A DNA stretch of 64,000 bases, taken from the sequence record NC_031120.1. One strand, given 5' to 3'. Both the position numbers and the translations under genes were made by a program. This document shows, piece after piece, positions 38,501 through 46,795 of this stretch. The notes under the pieces were generated by a model. That model did no database searches and was not told the DNA's origin. It was given only the letters and a program-made list of their open reading frames with translations. Position 1 is the stretch's first letter. Every line of letters begins with the position of its first letter.

Positions 38501-39697
38501 CTGTCCTTTATTGACGGCTTGGCACCTGATACCCTGATGGACGATGCGAAGCGTCAAAACTTCGTTGGGATTCAAATGGGGTCAGCGACCACATGCATCG
38601 GTGCTACTGTTGCACCGTATCGTACCGAACAGGAGAAAATGGTCGCCCACCGTACATCGGTGAAACACGCACGCGCAATTGACAAACCGGGTAAAGTGAT
38701 CCGGGTAACGGACGATACCATCACCATCAAATACGACGACAAGACCGAAGAGACGTTCGAGTTGGGTCGTTGGTTTGGTGCGCACGAAGGGTCGTACTAT
38801 CCTCACACGTTAGTAACCAAATGGAAGGCAGGTGACAAACTCCCCGCCGGGGCGATTATCACGTATAACGACCAGCACTTCGAACCGGACTTGCTCGACC
38901 CGTACCAGGTTAACTGGAAAGGTGTCATCATGGCGAACGTCGCGTTGATTGAATCGGAAGAGGTTATTGAGGACTCGAATGCTATAAGTGAGCGGTTCGC
39001 TGCTTTGGCTCAGTCGGATGTCACCAAAATCAAAGAAGTCACGCTGACCAGTACCCAAAACCTGATGGAGATTGTGAAGAACGGCGAGCATGTCGACGTG
39101 GACACAATTCTATGCACCTTTAGCGACAACCTGAGTGACGATATGAGCGGGTTCTCTACCGAAGCCGCTGCCACCCTGTACGAACTCAGTGCCTATTCCC
39201 CGCAAGCTGGGGTACGTGGCTTCATCGACAAGATTGAAGTTGTGTATCACGGTGACCCGGAAGATTTCGCACCGAGCGTCCAGACCCTGATTAACCAACA
39301 CGACCGCCAACGTCGCAAACTGGCGAATGCCTTGGGCGACCACATCCCGAAATCGGGCAGTGTGAATGGCGACTATCGTGTCGACGGTGTTCCGCTGGCG
39401 TACAACAGCATGGTGATTCGTTTCTACATTACGCACCGTGTGGAAATGGCCGCTGCGGATAAGATGGTTATTGCTAACCAGCTGAAAACCACCGTCCAGG
39501 AAGTTATGCGTGGCGTCAACCGGACAGAGAACGGCGAGGACATTGATATCATCTTCGGCCGTAACTCGTGTGATGCGCGTATCGTAGGTTCACTGATGCG
39601 TATCGGTACCTCAAACGGTGCTGCTATGCAGGGCGGTAAAATGATTGGGAAGATTTTGGATGGGGAGAGCGTTCCTGCGCTTCCGGCCAAGATTTAA
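35528..39697 (+). CDS. Virion RNA polymerase beta subunit, N-terminal/main part (phiKZ gp178-like)
   Basis: DDAKRQNFVGIQMG, IEDSNAISE, ADKMVIANQLKT, DIDIIFGRNSCDARI align with RpoB blocks; 1389 aa with no intein or intron. Confidence 0.92.
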   Translation: MLLIKQFNQRFSVRKTDEFGKPRIIPLEKFQIPRGSVFHTVDLDQVVLAPPVTTPYFQELEKPAQVRHHFKLPEDGISGRPIPVPVQGQERQILAYHRTNRRFRRLSQSDELVRTDPKVLLIENYTPMLPHYRYPDTMLSWYDRLRNVQVLMSNQLKYDSAEYLRQNYMIINVGSTLPAYDKFKNTFNDRVKTKLERFQSFDLLWLLELFAWAIGQQESSLFAGMDMTQLSRTNFVFTHNTGFTVMNMGVVEKMRKSAGGRLTDEQMARAFYRTLIRVMTAKPDMVSELEVVNADGEEEIIVQDVENDDIVDGVDDVTDEDIVNDVIVPEDDFDTKEDLVIDAPKEDVKPTTIVVEKTINHADVIKQEVDKLAEAGRVSAKAFKFLNDATERFNALPNPYNPKETYGEAMVVDAKKIEIKPVTTLREPVVTTTDWTQSSVDAMDKQYNTEILPKDILAAVASSQRLGLVVHNHTVEKEVSVTGSLEHHTLRVQPIGGEPVTVRFQVPALTEDGTWVANGTEYTMRRQRVDIPIRKVDHETVALTTAYGKNFVRRSDKVVNDYGRWLSNAIIVRAVDPKDTTITDAKLANVFDPLATLPRQYTMVSRRISTFNAIGYQWNFDSKALESFFGADIVKSMAKKELTPVAKGRGGLLMGMDDHSQMYKVNGDKIEPLGTLADTLGFDQSKTPREMTELSIMGKALPLGFIFAFYLGLTGMLRHFGIRFEILPPGQRIDKTTYDSIFRLSDAKIVAMCDNDKQRMILNGLDKYVKHLTTYTESEVDREDIYLNLIRDADGLTPRYINELRLMRTAFVDDMHARLLRKMGEPETFIGLLERSNELLQNDHTLPEINGDEMMFVGNQRIAYHIYTALVRAQRNYINAPGSNRKFELSQDMVWGEINSDPSVLLAPGANPIQFIKEKDVITMGGTGGRNRKTMVYHTREFQKSDLGIVSGNTVDNGDVGITAFLVNNPRFDTVDGTTKPLEGGGQPGELLSFIDGLAPDTLMDDAKRQNFVGIQMGSATTCIGATVAPYRTEQEKMVAHRTSVKHARAIDKPGKVIRVTDDTITIKYDDKTEETFELGRWFGAHEGSYYPHTLVTKWKAGDKLPAGAIITYNDQHFEPDLLDPYQVNWKGVIMANVALIESEEVIEDSNAISERFAALAQSDVTKIKEVTLTSTQNLMEIVKNGEHVDVDTILCTFSDNLSDDMSGFSTEAAATLYELSAYSPQAGVRGFIDKIEVVYHGDPEDFAPSVQTLINQHDRQRRKLANALGDHIPKSGSVNGDYRVDGVPLAYNSMVIRFYITHRVEMAAADKMVIANQLKTTVQEVMRGVNRTENGEDIDIIFGRNSCDARIVGSLMRIGTSNGAAMQGGKMIGKILDGESVPALPAKI

Positions 39698-39706
39698 CTC
39701 ACACCC

Positions 39707-39733
39707 CCAGACGGGTCGCTCCCGTCTGGTTTT
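39707..39733 (+). terminator. Intrinsic terminator
   Basis: CCAGACGGG/CCCGTCTGG stem plus TTTT. Confidence 0.7.
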
Positions 39734-39752
39734 CTAACTCCCGGAGTTTATA

Positions 39753-40046
39753 ATGAGTATCTTAGATGACATCCGCGCACGGCACAACATCCCGAAACGC
39801 GCTAACACCCAGTCTCAGGAAACGGACAGCTTCTCCCCGCAGCAGCGTATGCATGCGATTACCCTGGGGAACGCCGTTGAGCTGACTACCGAAATCATCT
39901 ACGACCTGATGAAGGGCAATAATGGCCTGAGTGGGCGTGTAGGTGAGCAACGTTTGCTGAAGCGTGATATTGCCGACATGATCGGTAACCGTCTGGCGTC
40001 CCGTATCCAGGAAGTCGCAAGCTCTAATCAAGGGGGTCGCGCGTGA
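39753..40046 (+). CDS. Small hypothetical (probable virion) protein
   Basis: GGGAG RBS, 97 aa. Confidence 0.75.
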   Translation: MSILDDIRARHNIPKRANTQSQETDSFSPQQRMHAITLGNAVELTTEIIYDLMKGNNGLSGRVGEQRLLKRDIADMIGNRLASRIQEVASSNQGGRA

Positions 40047-41500
40047 TTCGTTTATATTCCCTGAATGCCTGCACTAATGCACTGCGCATTCTGAAACAAA
40101 CCAACCTCCGTCTGAGTGCCGATGTCGATTCCCCGATCGCGGTGCTGAACAAAGCCACCAGTCAGCAATCTGTGCTGGACAGCTCGATTACCGATGAGCA
40201 GTTCTTCCAGGAGCTGCCGAACATTACTGCGCTGGCACAACCGGCACAGGGTACCGGTGAAGCCGCTATCATCGGCGATGGTGCGGCCGGTGTCAACGTG
40301 CTGAACGTGGAAGACCACGAACCGACGCTGTTCGAACTGAAGAAGATGGCCGTGAGCCGTTGTGCGGGTCTGCTGGACTTCTCCCGTAACGTGGTCCAGC
40401 CGTTCGTGCAATCCGTGATTCAGAACAACGATGCTGCGCCAGTTGAAGAAGTAAAAGAAGACTGGGCACTGGTACCGGTAGATACCGATCCGTCTCTGAA
40501 TGAGCCGGTGGTGCAGGCGTTGATTAACCGTCTGGACAATCCAGCGGGTGCCGGGTACATGCATGACCGTATCGATGCGCGGGTGCCTGACGTGCTGGAC
40601 CAGCCGGAAACCGGTAAAGCCTCCTTCGACCGTCTGGTGGGTAAACTGCTGACCGAACTGGGTTGGAGTGTCTCCGACGCGGCGAAAGCGATGATTGAGC
40701 CGCTGGTTGTGGTACCGAACTCTGACCAGGCTCCGAAGGAAGTCAAGAAGAATGTGCTGTTCATGCTGTTGACCGCGTACTGGCTGGACAACCCGTGGGC
40801 TAACTCTGACCTGTCTTCTGACAAATGGCGTACCCAATTCCAGCGTGCGCATTACGCACTCTGCGGTTGGCTGTACCTGTATGCTGATGCGATCGTCACC
40901 CGTGTGAAACTGGGCAACATTGTCTTCTCCTTCGACAGCCAGGATAAGCAGGTGTACATCTGCCAGGAAGCCTTCGAAGATTACGTGGGTGCCGGTGGTA
41001 CCGTGGAAGCGCTGCTGGGTGCTGTCTACACCCTGGACGATGGCGAAGATGCTTCGACCACCAAAGCCGCGCTGCTGGATAACCAACAGGCATTTACCCA
41101 GGCGTGGACACGTCGCAGCTCTATCCGTCGTATGACCTCGGACAACGACTGGCTGCACCGCAACCGTGAATCGCTGAAAGTGGCGTTTGCCACCGCGATC
41201 GATGTGTTGGACCCGGGCTACCTGAATGCCGGTGATGAAGCACAGCGTACACCTGCGGAAGTGAAAGCGGCGGTGAACACCTCCATCGACCATCTGTTTG
41301 GTAAACACACCGTGGACGTCACGGAGTTCATCATCCAGGTGTCCAGCGGTGAAGTGTTCGGCGAATACGACGCAGCGAACCTGCTGATGGCCATTCACCA
41401 CGGCATGCTGAAAGGCGTGAAGCCGGAAGACACGGCCAACGACTGGATCATCAACTACGTGCTTGACTGGATGCTGCAAGGCGTTCTGATTGAAGCCTAA
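40043..41500 (+). CDS. Abundant inner-head/ejection protein (phiKZ gp177-like)
   Basis: 485 aa, strongly optimised codons, syntenic between vRNAP subunit genes (recall). Confidence 0.65.
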   Translation: MIRLYSLNACTNALRILKQTNLRLSADVDSPIAVLNKATSQQSVLDSSITDEQFFQELPNITALAQPAQGTGEAAIIGDGAAGVNVLNVEDHEPTLFELKKMAVSRCAGLLDFSRNVVQPFVQSVIQNNDAAPVEEVKEDWALVPVDTDPSLNEPVVQALINRLDNPAGAGYMHDRIDARVPDVLDQPETGKASFDRLVGKLLTELGWSVSDAAKAMIEPLVVVPNSDQAPKEVKKNVLFMLLTAYWLDNPWANSDLSSDKWRTQFQRAHYALCGWLYLYADAIVTRVKLGNIVFSFDSQDKQVYICQEAFEDYVGAGGTVEALLGAVYTLDDGEDASTTKAALLDNQQAFTQAWTRRSSIRRMTSDNDWLHRNRESLKVAFATAIDVLDPGYLNAGDEAQRTPAEVKAAVNTSIDHLFGKHTVDVTEFIIQVSSGEVFGEYDAANLLMAIHHGMLKGVKPEDTANDWIINYVLDWMLQGVLIEA

Positions 41501-41516
41501 TTAACAGGAGGCGGAA

Positions 41517-42239
41517 GTGAGTGCTATTGAAACCGCACGTCGCGACCCGACGAAGATTAAAGCCGATTTGGTCGACAGCGGGGCCGCCACCATTACCAAA
41601 GGGGGATGTTACCTTTACATCCCCGTTGGCTTTACCTCGAAGGAACTGGCCTTTATCTCCTCGACGGTTGAGATTGTTGGGCTATTTGCCATCTCGACCG
41701 ACCGGAAGACTTACGGGGTGTCGAACGTAACCACGTTCATTGAAATTACCCCGTCATCGTTTGAAGAAGTGGATGTCGGCGGCGAACCTTATTACGAGTT
41801 CCGCTTTGACCCGGGGACGGTGGTATTCCCGAACCGGATGTTACAGGTGGTTTCCAACCCGGTGTACAACATTGCCTCGTACATCTACGACTTCGGTAAC
41901 CGTCCGTTCTGGTTCACCGTGGTCGATGATGCGGAGCTGATGTCTGAGACGCCGCACTGGAACGGTTTCCAGGTCTTCGCGGACCAGATAACCGCAGACT
42001 GCTACGCAGCCCACACCCAACGTAAGTTCGGTGACCCGCGTACGTTCTTCCGTGCATCGCTGAAGAAAGACAGCGATATGTTTGGCGCTTGTCAGTTTAT
42101 CCCTCTCCGTGACGGATCTCTTAACAAAACTTCCCGATTGGCTAAGCTCGCTGACGTGGAACTGAAACGCGGCATTCGTTCTGCGTTGTCAGTAGACCCG
42201 GTACGTGCTGAACCTCTCGAGGATCTCTTCATGCGATAA
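41517..42239 (+). CDS. Virion RNA polymerase beta' C-terminal subunit (phiKZ gp176-like)
   Basis: 240 aa directly upstream of the protease; assignment by synteny from recall. Confidence 0.6.
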   Translation: MSAIETARRDPTKIKADLVDSGAATITKGGCYLYIPVGFTSKELAFISSTVEIVGLFAISTDRKTYGVSNVTTFIEITPSSFEEVDVGGEPYYEFRFDPGTVVFPNRMLQVVSNPVYNIASYIYDFGNRPFWFTVVDDAELMSETPHWNGFQVFADQITADCYAAHTQRKFGDPRTFFRASLKKDSDMFGACQFIPLRDGSLNKTSRLAKLADVELKRGIRSALSVDPVRAEPLEDLFMR

Positions 42240-42248
42240 GGTGCAACA

Positions 42249-43052
42249 ATGGAAAACTTAACGATGCGCTACAACTGCGTAGCGTTGGCCGGGGTAAACA
42301 AAGGGGCGACCCTGAAGAAAGACCAGGACGGTTATTACTACGTCCTGCTGGGCGCGTTGAACATCTTTAACTCCGAAGGTATCTTCTATGCCTTCAACGA
42401 GTCGAAGCATGTCTTTGACCGCTCCAGTGTGTTCATGCGTAAGATTCAAGCCGGTAACCTGTTTGGTGAGGAAGACCATCCCCCGTACGAACCAGGCATG
42501 ACCGATGCGCAGTGGATTGAGCGTAACGAGTGGATTGAAACCAAGAACGTGGCGATGCACATTCGTGAGGTGGAATTAAAGAACACCGACCAGATGTGTA
42601 ACAACCTGCCCGTGGTGGAAATCTGGGGTTGGGTGAAACCGAACCGCGATCGTGGCCCGCTTCTGGCGGAAGCGCTGGAGAACCCACACCAGAACGTGTG
42701 CTTCTCGCTGCGTGCCATCGTACGTGAAGGCTTTGTTGGTGGGGTACGTACCCGTCGTATTGATAAAATGGTCACCTTTGACTGGGTTATCGAAGACGGC
42801 CTGCAAATCTGTAACAAATACTCCGCGATTCAGCGCGGTAGTCAGGTGGCGCAGGAATCTACCCGTACCTATGTTGACCGTCCTATCTCTCGACAGGCGC
42901 TGGAAGACATCATCTTCAAGCCTGAGGCTGCGGCTACCGTTGCGACGGAATCCCGTCGTGGTAACCTGCGTGAGATTGCCCGCGAATACCTGTCCATCGA
43001 ACAGTCACAGTCCAATGTGAAAGTCATGGGCCTGGGCGCGGGGAAATGGTAA
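42249..43052 (+). CDS. Prohead protease (phiKZ gp175-like)
   Basis: Catalytic His in GEEDHP, catalytic Ser in CFSLRA, TFDWV; C-terminal AQE/ATE autocleavage-type sites. Confidence 0.88.
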   Translation: MENLTMRYNCVALAGVNKGATLKKDQDGYYYVLLGALNIFNSEGIFYAFNESKHVFDRSSVFMRKIQAGNLFGEEDHPPYEPGMTDAQWIERNEWIETKNVAMHIREVELKNTDQMCNNLPVVEIWGWVKPNRDRGPLLAEALENPHQNVCFSLRAIVREGFVGGVRTRRIDKMVTFDWVIEDGLQICNKYSAIQRGSQVAQESTRTYVDRPISRQALEDIIFKPEAAATVATESRRGNLREIAREYLSIEQSQSNVKVMGLGAGKW

Positions 43053-43667
43053 ATGGCCAACTACGACACATCGTTAGAGAAGTGGCATGAGAATCAGATG
43101 CCGCAGGTGGCCAAGAAATTGACCCTGCGGGGTGTGGATACTCCACCTCTTCATGTCGGTGGGAAAGTCAAGGTGTTTGCCCCACGGTTGCCGAGCAATC
43201 CGGCTCCGGGCGAAGACCAGACCATCCCCCGTATTTGCTGTGCACTGACGTTGAAGAACTGCAACATTGGCGCACGCCATAACTTTCAGTTTGCCAGTGA
43301 GCAGCCGAGGCTGTACCTCTACGCTTTTAGTGAGCGCAGTGTGGTACAACCGTCCGTAGATGTGACGAAAGAACCAAACCGAGCGGGGGAAGTCTGGATT
43401 GTCCCCCACCGGATGGCGAACTGGGATATTGTGCCGCAGGTAATCGGTGATATGCGATTACTGAAAATGGCGAACGAGTACCGCACCCTGGATTATGTGC
43501 TGATGGTGAATCAGCCCACGCTCTGGGACAATGGGGTCACTCTGAAGCCAGATGTGGCCTACCAGTTCACTGTAACCTGGTCGCCGGAAGTCCGTTTCAC
43601 CGAACTGAAAGAAGTTCCGGTGGCGGTCTACCATGAAGCGCTAAACGGCTATACTGTCGCCTCCTGA
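43053..43667 (+). CDS. Conserved phage protein (F.PR.P...ED.T.PRIC family), possible ADP-ribosyltransferase fold
   Basis: LH...FAPRLP..GEDQTIPRICCA.TL.NC..G...GEVW pattern. Confidence 0.55.
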   Translation: MANYDTSLEKWHENQMPQVAKKLTLRGVDTPPLHVGGKVKVFAPRLPSNPAPGEDQTIPRICCALTLKNCNIGARHNFQFASEQPRLYLYAFSERSVVQPSVDVTKEPNRAGEVWIVPHRMANWDIVPQVIGDMRLLKMANEYRTLDYVLMVNQPTLWDNGVTLKPDVAYQFTVTWSPEVRFTELKEVPVAVYHEALNGYTVAS

Positions 43668-43715
43668 TGCCCAGTTCGTGGTCTGCAAATCACTACTAGC
43701 ACCTGGAGGCATCGC

Positions 43716-44012
43716 ATGAAAGCTGTGAACATCGTCATACCTCCGACCCTAACAGTCCTGGCACCGGATGAGATTAAGGGCATTGCCTTTAATGCCATTC
43801 AAGGCCGGGTTGGTAAAGACGTACTGGCAGTTGTACTGGCAAGTCGTCTGGACACGAAGCGCAAAATCAACAACGTGATTGCGGGCTTGTCGACCAGCGA
43901 CCTGACAGAGTTTTACCTGGCATTACAACAGGCGAGTGTAGAGATTGATTACTCTCGCACTTATTTCCTCATCACCGAATCGTATCGGAACGTTCTGACG
44001 GTCAAGCAGTAA
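43716..44012 (+). CDS. Hypothetical protein
   Basis: GGAGG RBS, 98 aa. Confidence 0.75.
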   Translation: MKAVNIVIPPTLTVLAPDEIKGIAFNAIQGRVGKDVLAVVLASRLDTKRKINNVIAGLSTSDLTEFYLALQQASVEIDYSRTYFLITESYRNVLTVKQ

Positions 44013-44065
44013 TTTTTTACGCAGACAGTTCTTAGTGTGAACGTGAATAGAAGGATAACCCAGGA

Positions 44066-44617
44066 ATGATTAATTTAGATAGCGACGGAGTGTTTGCGGC
44101 GTGGGTCGCCTATGTACTACCCAAGTATTTCCCTACCATGTCTCGTCAGGAGTTCAATGCGCTTCCTGAACTGAAACGTCGTGGGTTGATGCGGGATATG
44201 TATCAGCGTGAACCTAACCTGTTTTACAATCTTCCTGCACTTACTGAAATGTCAGCCGTTCTCGAGGCGGTTGATAAGCTCGGCGTCCCTTGGTGTATAT
44301 TGACCTCAGGTTCTGAGGATCACTTCGACCACGAACTGGTGGTGGAATGTAAGCAACGGTGGTTCGATAAACATTTCGGTGTGCCTGCGGATAAGGTCAT
44401 TGTCACGGAAACTTCCGGACAGAAAAAAGACTACGCAGGGCGAGGGAAACTCCTTGTTGATGACTTTGGTCGAAATTGCCGCGAATGGGCATTGCAAGAC
44501 GGAACAGCTTTATGGGTACGCACCGATAAGCCGAACGTCAAAGATCTTATTCGCCACATTAGTAATTTCGTGGATGCGCCGAATGAAGCCGGTGGCTCTA
44601 TTCTGCAAATCCAATAA
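44066..44617 (+). CDS. HAD-family 5'(3')-deoxyribonucleotidase (NT5C-like)
   Basis: NLDSDGV motif I, ILTS motif II, K..W...HF, KKDYA, LLVDDFGRN motif IV. Confidence 0.85.
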   Translation: MINLDSDGVFAAWVAYVLPKYFPTMSRQEFNALPELKRRGLMRDMYQREPNLFYNLPALTEMSAVLEAVDKLGVPWCILTSGSEDHFDHELVVECKQRWFDKHFGVPADKVIVTETSGQKKDYAGRGKLLVDDFGRNCREWALQDGTALWVRTDKPNVKDLIRHISNFVDAPNEAGGSILQIQ

Positions 44618-44705
44618 GTACCTCTGGTGACCACGTTCCTCTATTGGGATGTGTGTCACCACCTTTACTTTATGCGATCGGCACAACCCTCTTTCTAAAT
44701 TATTT

Positions 44706-44727
44706 CAGACAGATATTATCTAGGTGA
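44706..44727 (+). promoter_or_regulatory. Putative early promoter
   Basis: CAGAC-AGATATTATCTAGGTGA. Confidence 0.7.
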
Positions 44728-44773
44728 GCTTGCAGTAATAAGTTCTTATCTCATCGACCATCAAGGAGCAACT

Positions 44774-44935
44774 ATGAAAAGTGTAAACGTCCATCCTCAG
44801 AAATTCAACACCGAGGAAATCCTGGCAACGGCTCAGCTGCGTGTATCGTTAGTAAAAGAAATCGAGGCTGCGCGAGCTGCGGGTAATACTGCCAAGGTTA
44901 ATGAACTGCGTAACAAACTTCTGGGGACTAAATAA
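44774..44935 (+). CDS. 53-aa hypothetical protein (missed by ORF track)
   Basis: AAGGAG RBS; MKSVNVHPQKFNTEEILATAQLRVSLVKEIEAARAAGNTAKVNELRNKLLGTK; TAATG coupling to the HD gene. Confidence 0.8.
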   Translation: MKSVNVHPQKFNTEEILATAQLRVSLVKEIEAARAAGNTAKVNELRNKLLGTK

Positions 44936-45609
44936 TGAACCCACAAGACGTACGTAAACTTCACGACCGCCTGATTAAACAGTTCTACGATTTCTATCGT
45001 TACACCGATAGCGCTCATCGCATCGACCACATTCGCAGTGTGATGTCGAATGTGATTCGTATCTGTTATCAGCAGGGGTGGCAAGAACATCTGAAACTGG
45101 CGCTGATTGCAGCGGCAGTACACGACATCTATTCAACCAAAGAACACCGTCACGAACACCACATCAAAGCGTTCAACTGGGTACTGGATAATAAAGCGGT
45201 CCTGGCCCGGAAGTACAAGTTGGAGTTCGAAGACTGTTACACGGTAGCCTATGCGGCTATGGAACACCGCGGTTCCTTCAAAGGGAACTACAACAGCATC
45301 ATCTCAGAGATTGTGGCTGCCGCCGACCGTGGTATCCCATCGAAAGAAGATGTGGTAAATTATCTGTCCCGCAGTTATCTGTACGCGCGTGACAATCAGG
45401 GCAAGGGCATTACCGATTCGAAATTCCATGCGGTGGGACACATCCAGGATAAGTTCGGTCGGAATGCCTACGCAAAAGTACCAGACTGGTACAACACCGT
45501 CTTCGCCACACAGTTGGCTGAGCGACTGGAAATCATCGAGAATCTCGACATCGACTTCTTCACCGACGAATTGGTTGAAGAGTTAGAGCAACGTCTTAAA
45601 CACAACTAA
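44935..45609 (+). CDS. HD-domain metal-dependent phosphohydrolase
   Basis: H..DH, AAAVHD, MEHR, AAADR motifs. Confidence 0.85.
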   Translation: MNPQDVRKLHDRLIKQFYDFYRYTDSAHRIDHIRSVMSNVIRICYQQGWQEHLKLALIAAAVHDIYSTKEHRHEHHIKAFNWVLDNKAVLARKYKLEFEDCYTVAYAAMEHRGSFKGNYNSIISEIVAAADRGIPSKEDVVNYLSRSYLYARDNQGKGITDSKFHAVGHIQDKFGRNAYAKVPDWYNTVFATQLAERLEIIENLDIDFFTDELVEELEQRLKHN

Positions 45610-45629
45610 CCCATGTAAGGATAAACGTA

Positions 45630-46145
45630 ATGACCACTAAATTCCTCTCTGCTAAAGAACTGATCGCTGCCATCAACGCTGACGCTGCTGAAGGCTTAAT
45701 CGCGCTGGACAATGAGAACGATTACAGCCCGGAGTGCAAAGCCAAGCTAGTAGGTGAGTTCTCTGCGGGGATGCCGACTATCAAGGTTGAGCCGAATGAA
45801 AAAGGTGAGCACAAGCTGACCATCGACGATATGAACGCGGTAGACAAATACCGTGCGAACTTCCACGAAGCGCTGGGTACCATCACTGCACCACTGATCG
45901 CGGCGAAAGCAAAAGCGGACCCGGAAATCGGGGCCATGGAAGTGAAGCTGCAAGTTGGCGACACCGTCTTCTCCACCGCCTTTGCCCGTCCGACTGGCGA
46001 TGCGCCGACCCAGAAAGAACTGGCCGCCTCCATCGGCTTTGGTTACAGCACGCCTAAGAGCAAAGCGCTCGAAGGCAAAGTGCGTAAAGAGTTCGCAAAA
46101 GCCTGGCTGGAAGCGGACGATGAAGACGAAGGCGACGACGAGTAA
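45630..46145 (+). CDS. Hypothetical protein with acidic C-terminal tail
   Basis: AAGGA RBS; optimised codons; ends EADDEDEGDDE. Confidence 0.85.
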   Translation: MTTKFLSAKELIAAINADAAEGLIALDNENDYSPECKAKLVGEFSAGMPTIKVEPNEKGEHKLTIDDMNAVDKYRANFHEALGTITAPLIAAKAKADPEIGAMEVKLQVGDTVFSTAFARPTGDAPTQKELAASIGFGYSTPKSKALEGKVRKEFAKAWLEADDEDEGDDE

Positions 46146-46167
46146 TCGTCAAGTCGCTTAACGGATT

Positions 46168-46198
46168 AGGGTGGTCTTATGACCACCCTCTTTTTTTT
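46168..46198 (+). terminator. Intrinsic terminator
   Basis: AGGGTGGTC-TTAT-GACCACCCT plus T8. Confidence 0.85.
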
Positions 46199-46214
46199 GT
46201 TTCAGGAGCACCAC

Positions 46215-46748
46215 ATGTCCAGCGATCCGTTTACCCCTAAACTCGCCCTTACCTGCAACCTTCACCGTGATGAAATTATCACCCGCATCAGCCTGTTGGC
46301 CGAGACGCATCTGTTAGCATTAAAGCAAGCCGTGGCCGATGAAATCTTCGATGCCGTGGCGGCGTATCCGGTTGAGCTTATCAATAACTCGATTAACGGC
46401 TACCAGCGTTTCCTGTCAGACCTGACCAGTAATGGCGGCGATAGTGCCGCGATTGTGGCCGGGATGATTCTGCGCTTCAAAGCCGCGTTGACGTATGAGT
46501 TCGGCACCCCGATCGTCGATGCCTTAAAAGACGAAGTGTTCGTCAACATGACCGACGAACAATACACGTCCGCCTTCGGGAAGAAAGACGGGGTTTCTCT
46601 GTGGGGAGTAGCCAACCCAACCCTGGAGAGTACACCGATCAATACCGCGTACGACCTGATCGCTACGTATCTGTTTATCAACCATGCCAAATGGTTGGTC
46701 GTGCGTGCCGGTGCGGCCATGCAGGATGAGAAGACAGAAAAAAATTAA
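46215..46748 (+). CDS. Hypothetical protein
   Basis: AGGAG RBS before ATG 46215. Confidence 0.75.
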   Translation: MSSDPFTPKLALTCNLHRDEIITRISLLAETHLLALKQAVADEIFDAVAAYPVELINNSINGYQRFLSDLTSNGGDSAAIVAGMILRFKAALTYEFGTPIVDALKDEVFVNMTDEQYTSAFGKKDGVSLWGVANPTLESTPINTAYDLIATYLFINHAKWLVVRAGAAMQDEKTEKN

Positions 46749-46754
46749 AAGACA

Positions 46755-46793
46755 ACCCACTCCCGAAGGAGTGGGTCCATCTTATTTTTTTTT
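46755..46793. terminator. Bidirectional intrinsic terminator
   Basis: ACCCACTCC-CGAA-GGAGTGGGT between convergent genes. Confidence 0.8.
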
Positions 46794-46795
46794 GC

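Noticed and set aside
33895-39697. Introns, inteins or homing endonucleases in RNAP, terminase or thyA genes
   Set aside because: Reading frames are continuous, sizes are as expected, and no HNH/LAGLIDADG or intein splice motifs were seen.
40052-41479. 475-aa antisense ORF over the ejection-protein gene (and similar long antisense ORFs, e.g. 8529..9206, 4592..5257, 54435..55532, 1493..2254)
   Set aside because: Shadow ORFs from biased codon usage on the coding strand; no RBS, unnatural composition.
44015-44041. TTTTACGCA-GACAGTTCTTAG-TGTGAA as a sixth early or fourth middle promoter
   Set aside because: Shares flanks with both classes but lacks the ATATTA core and the WATGTA element; left unassigned.
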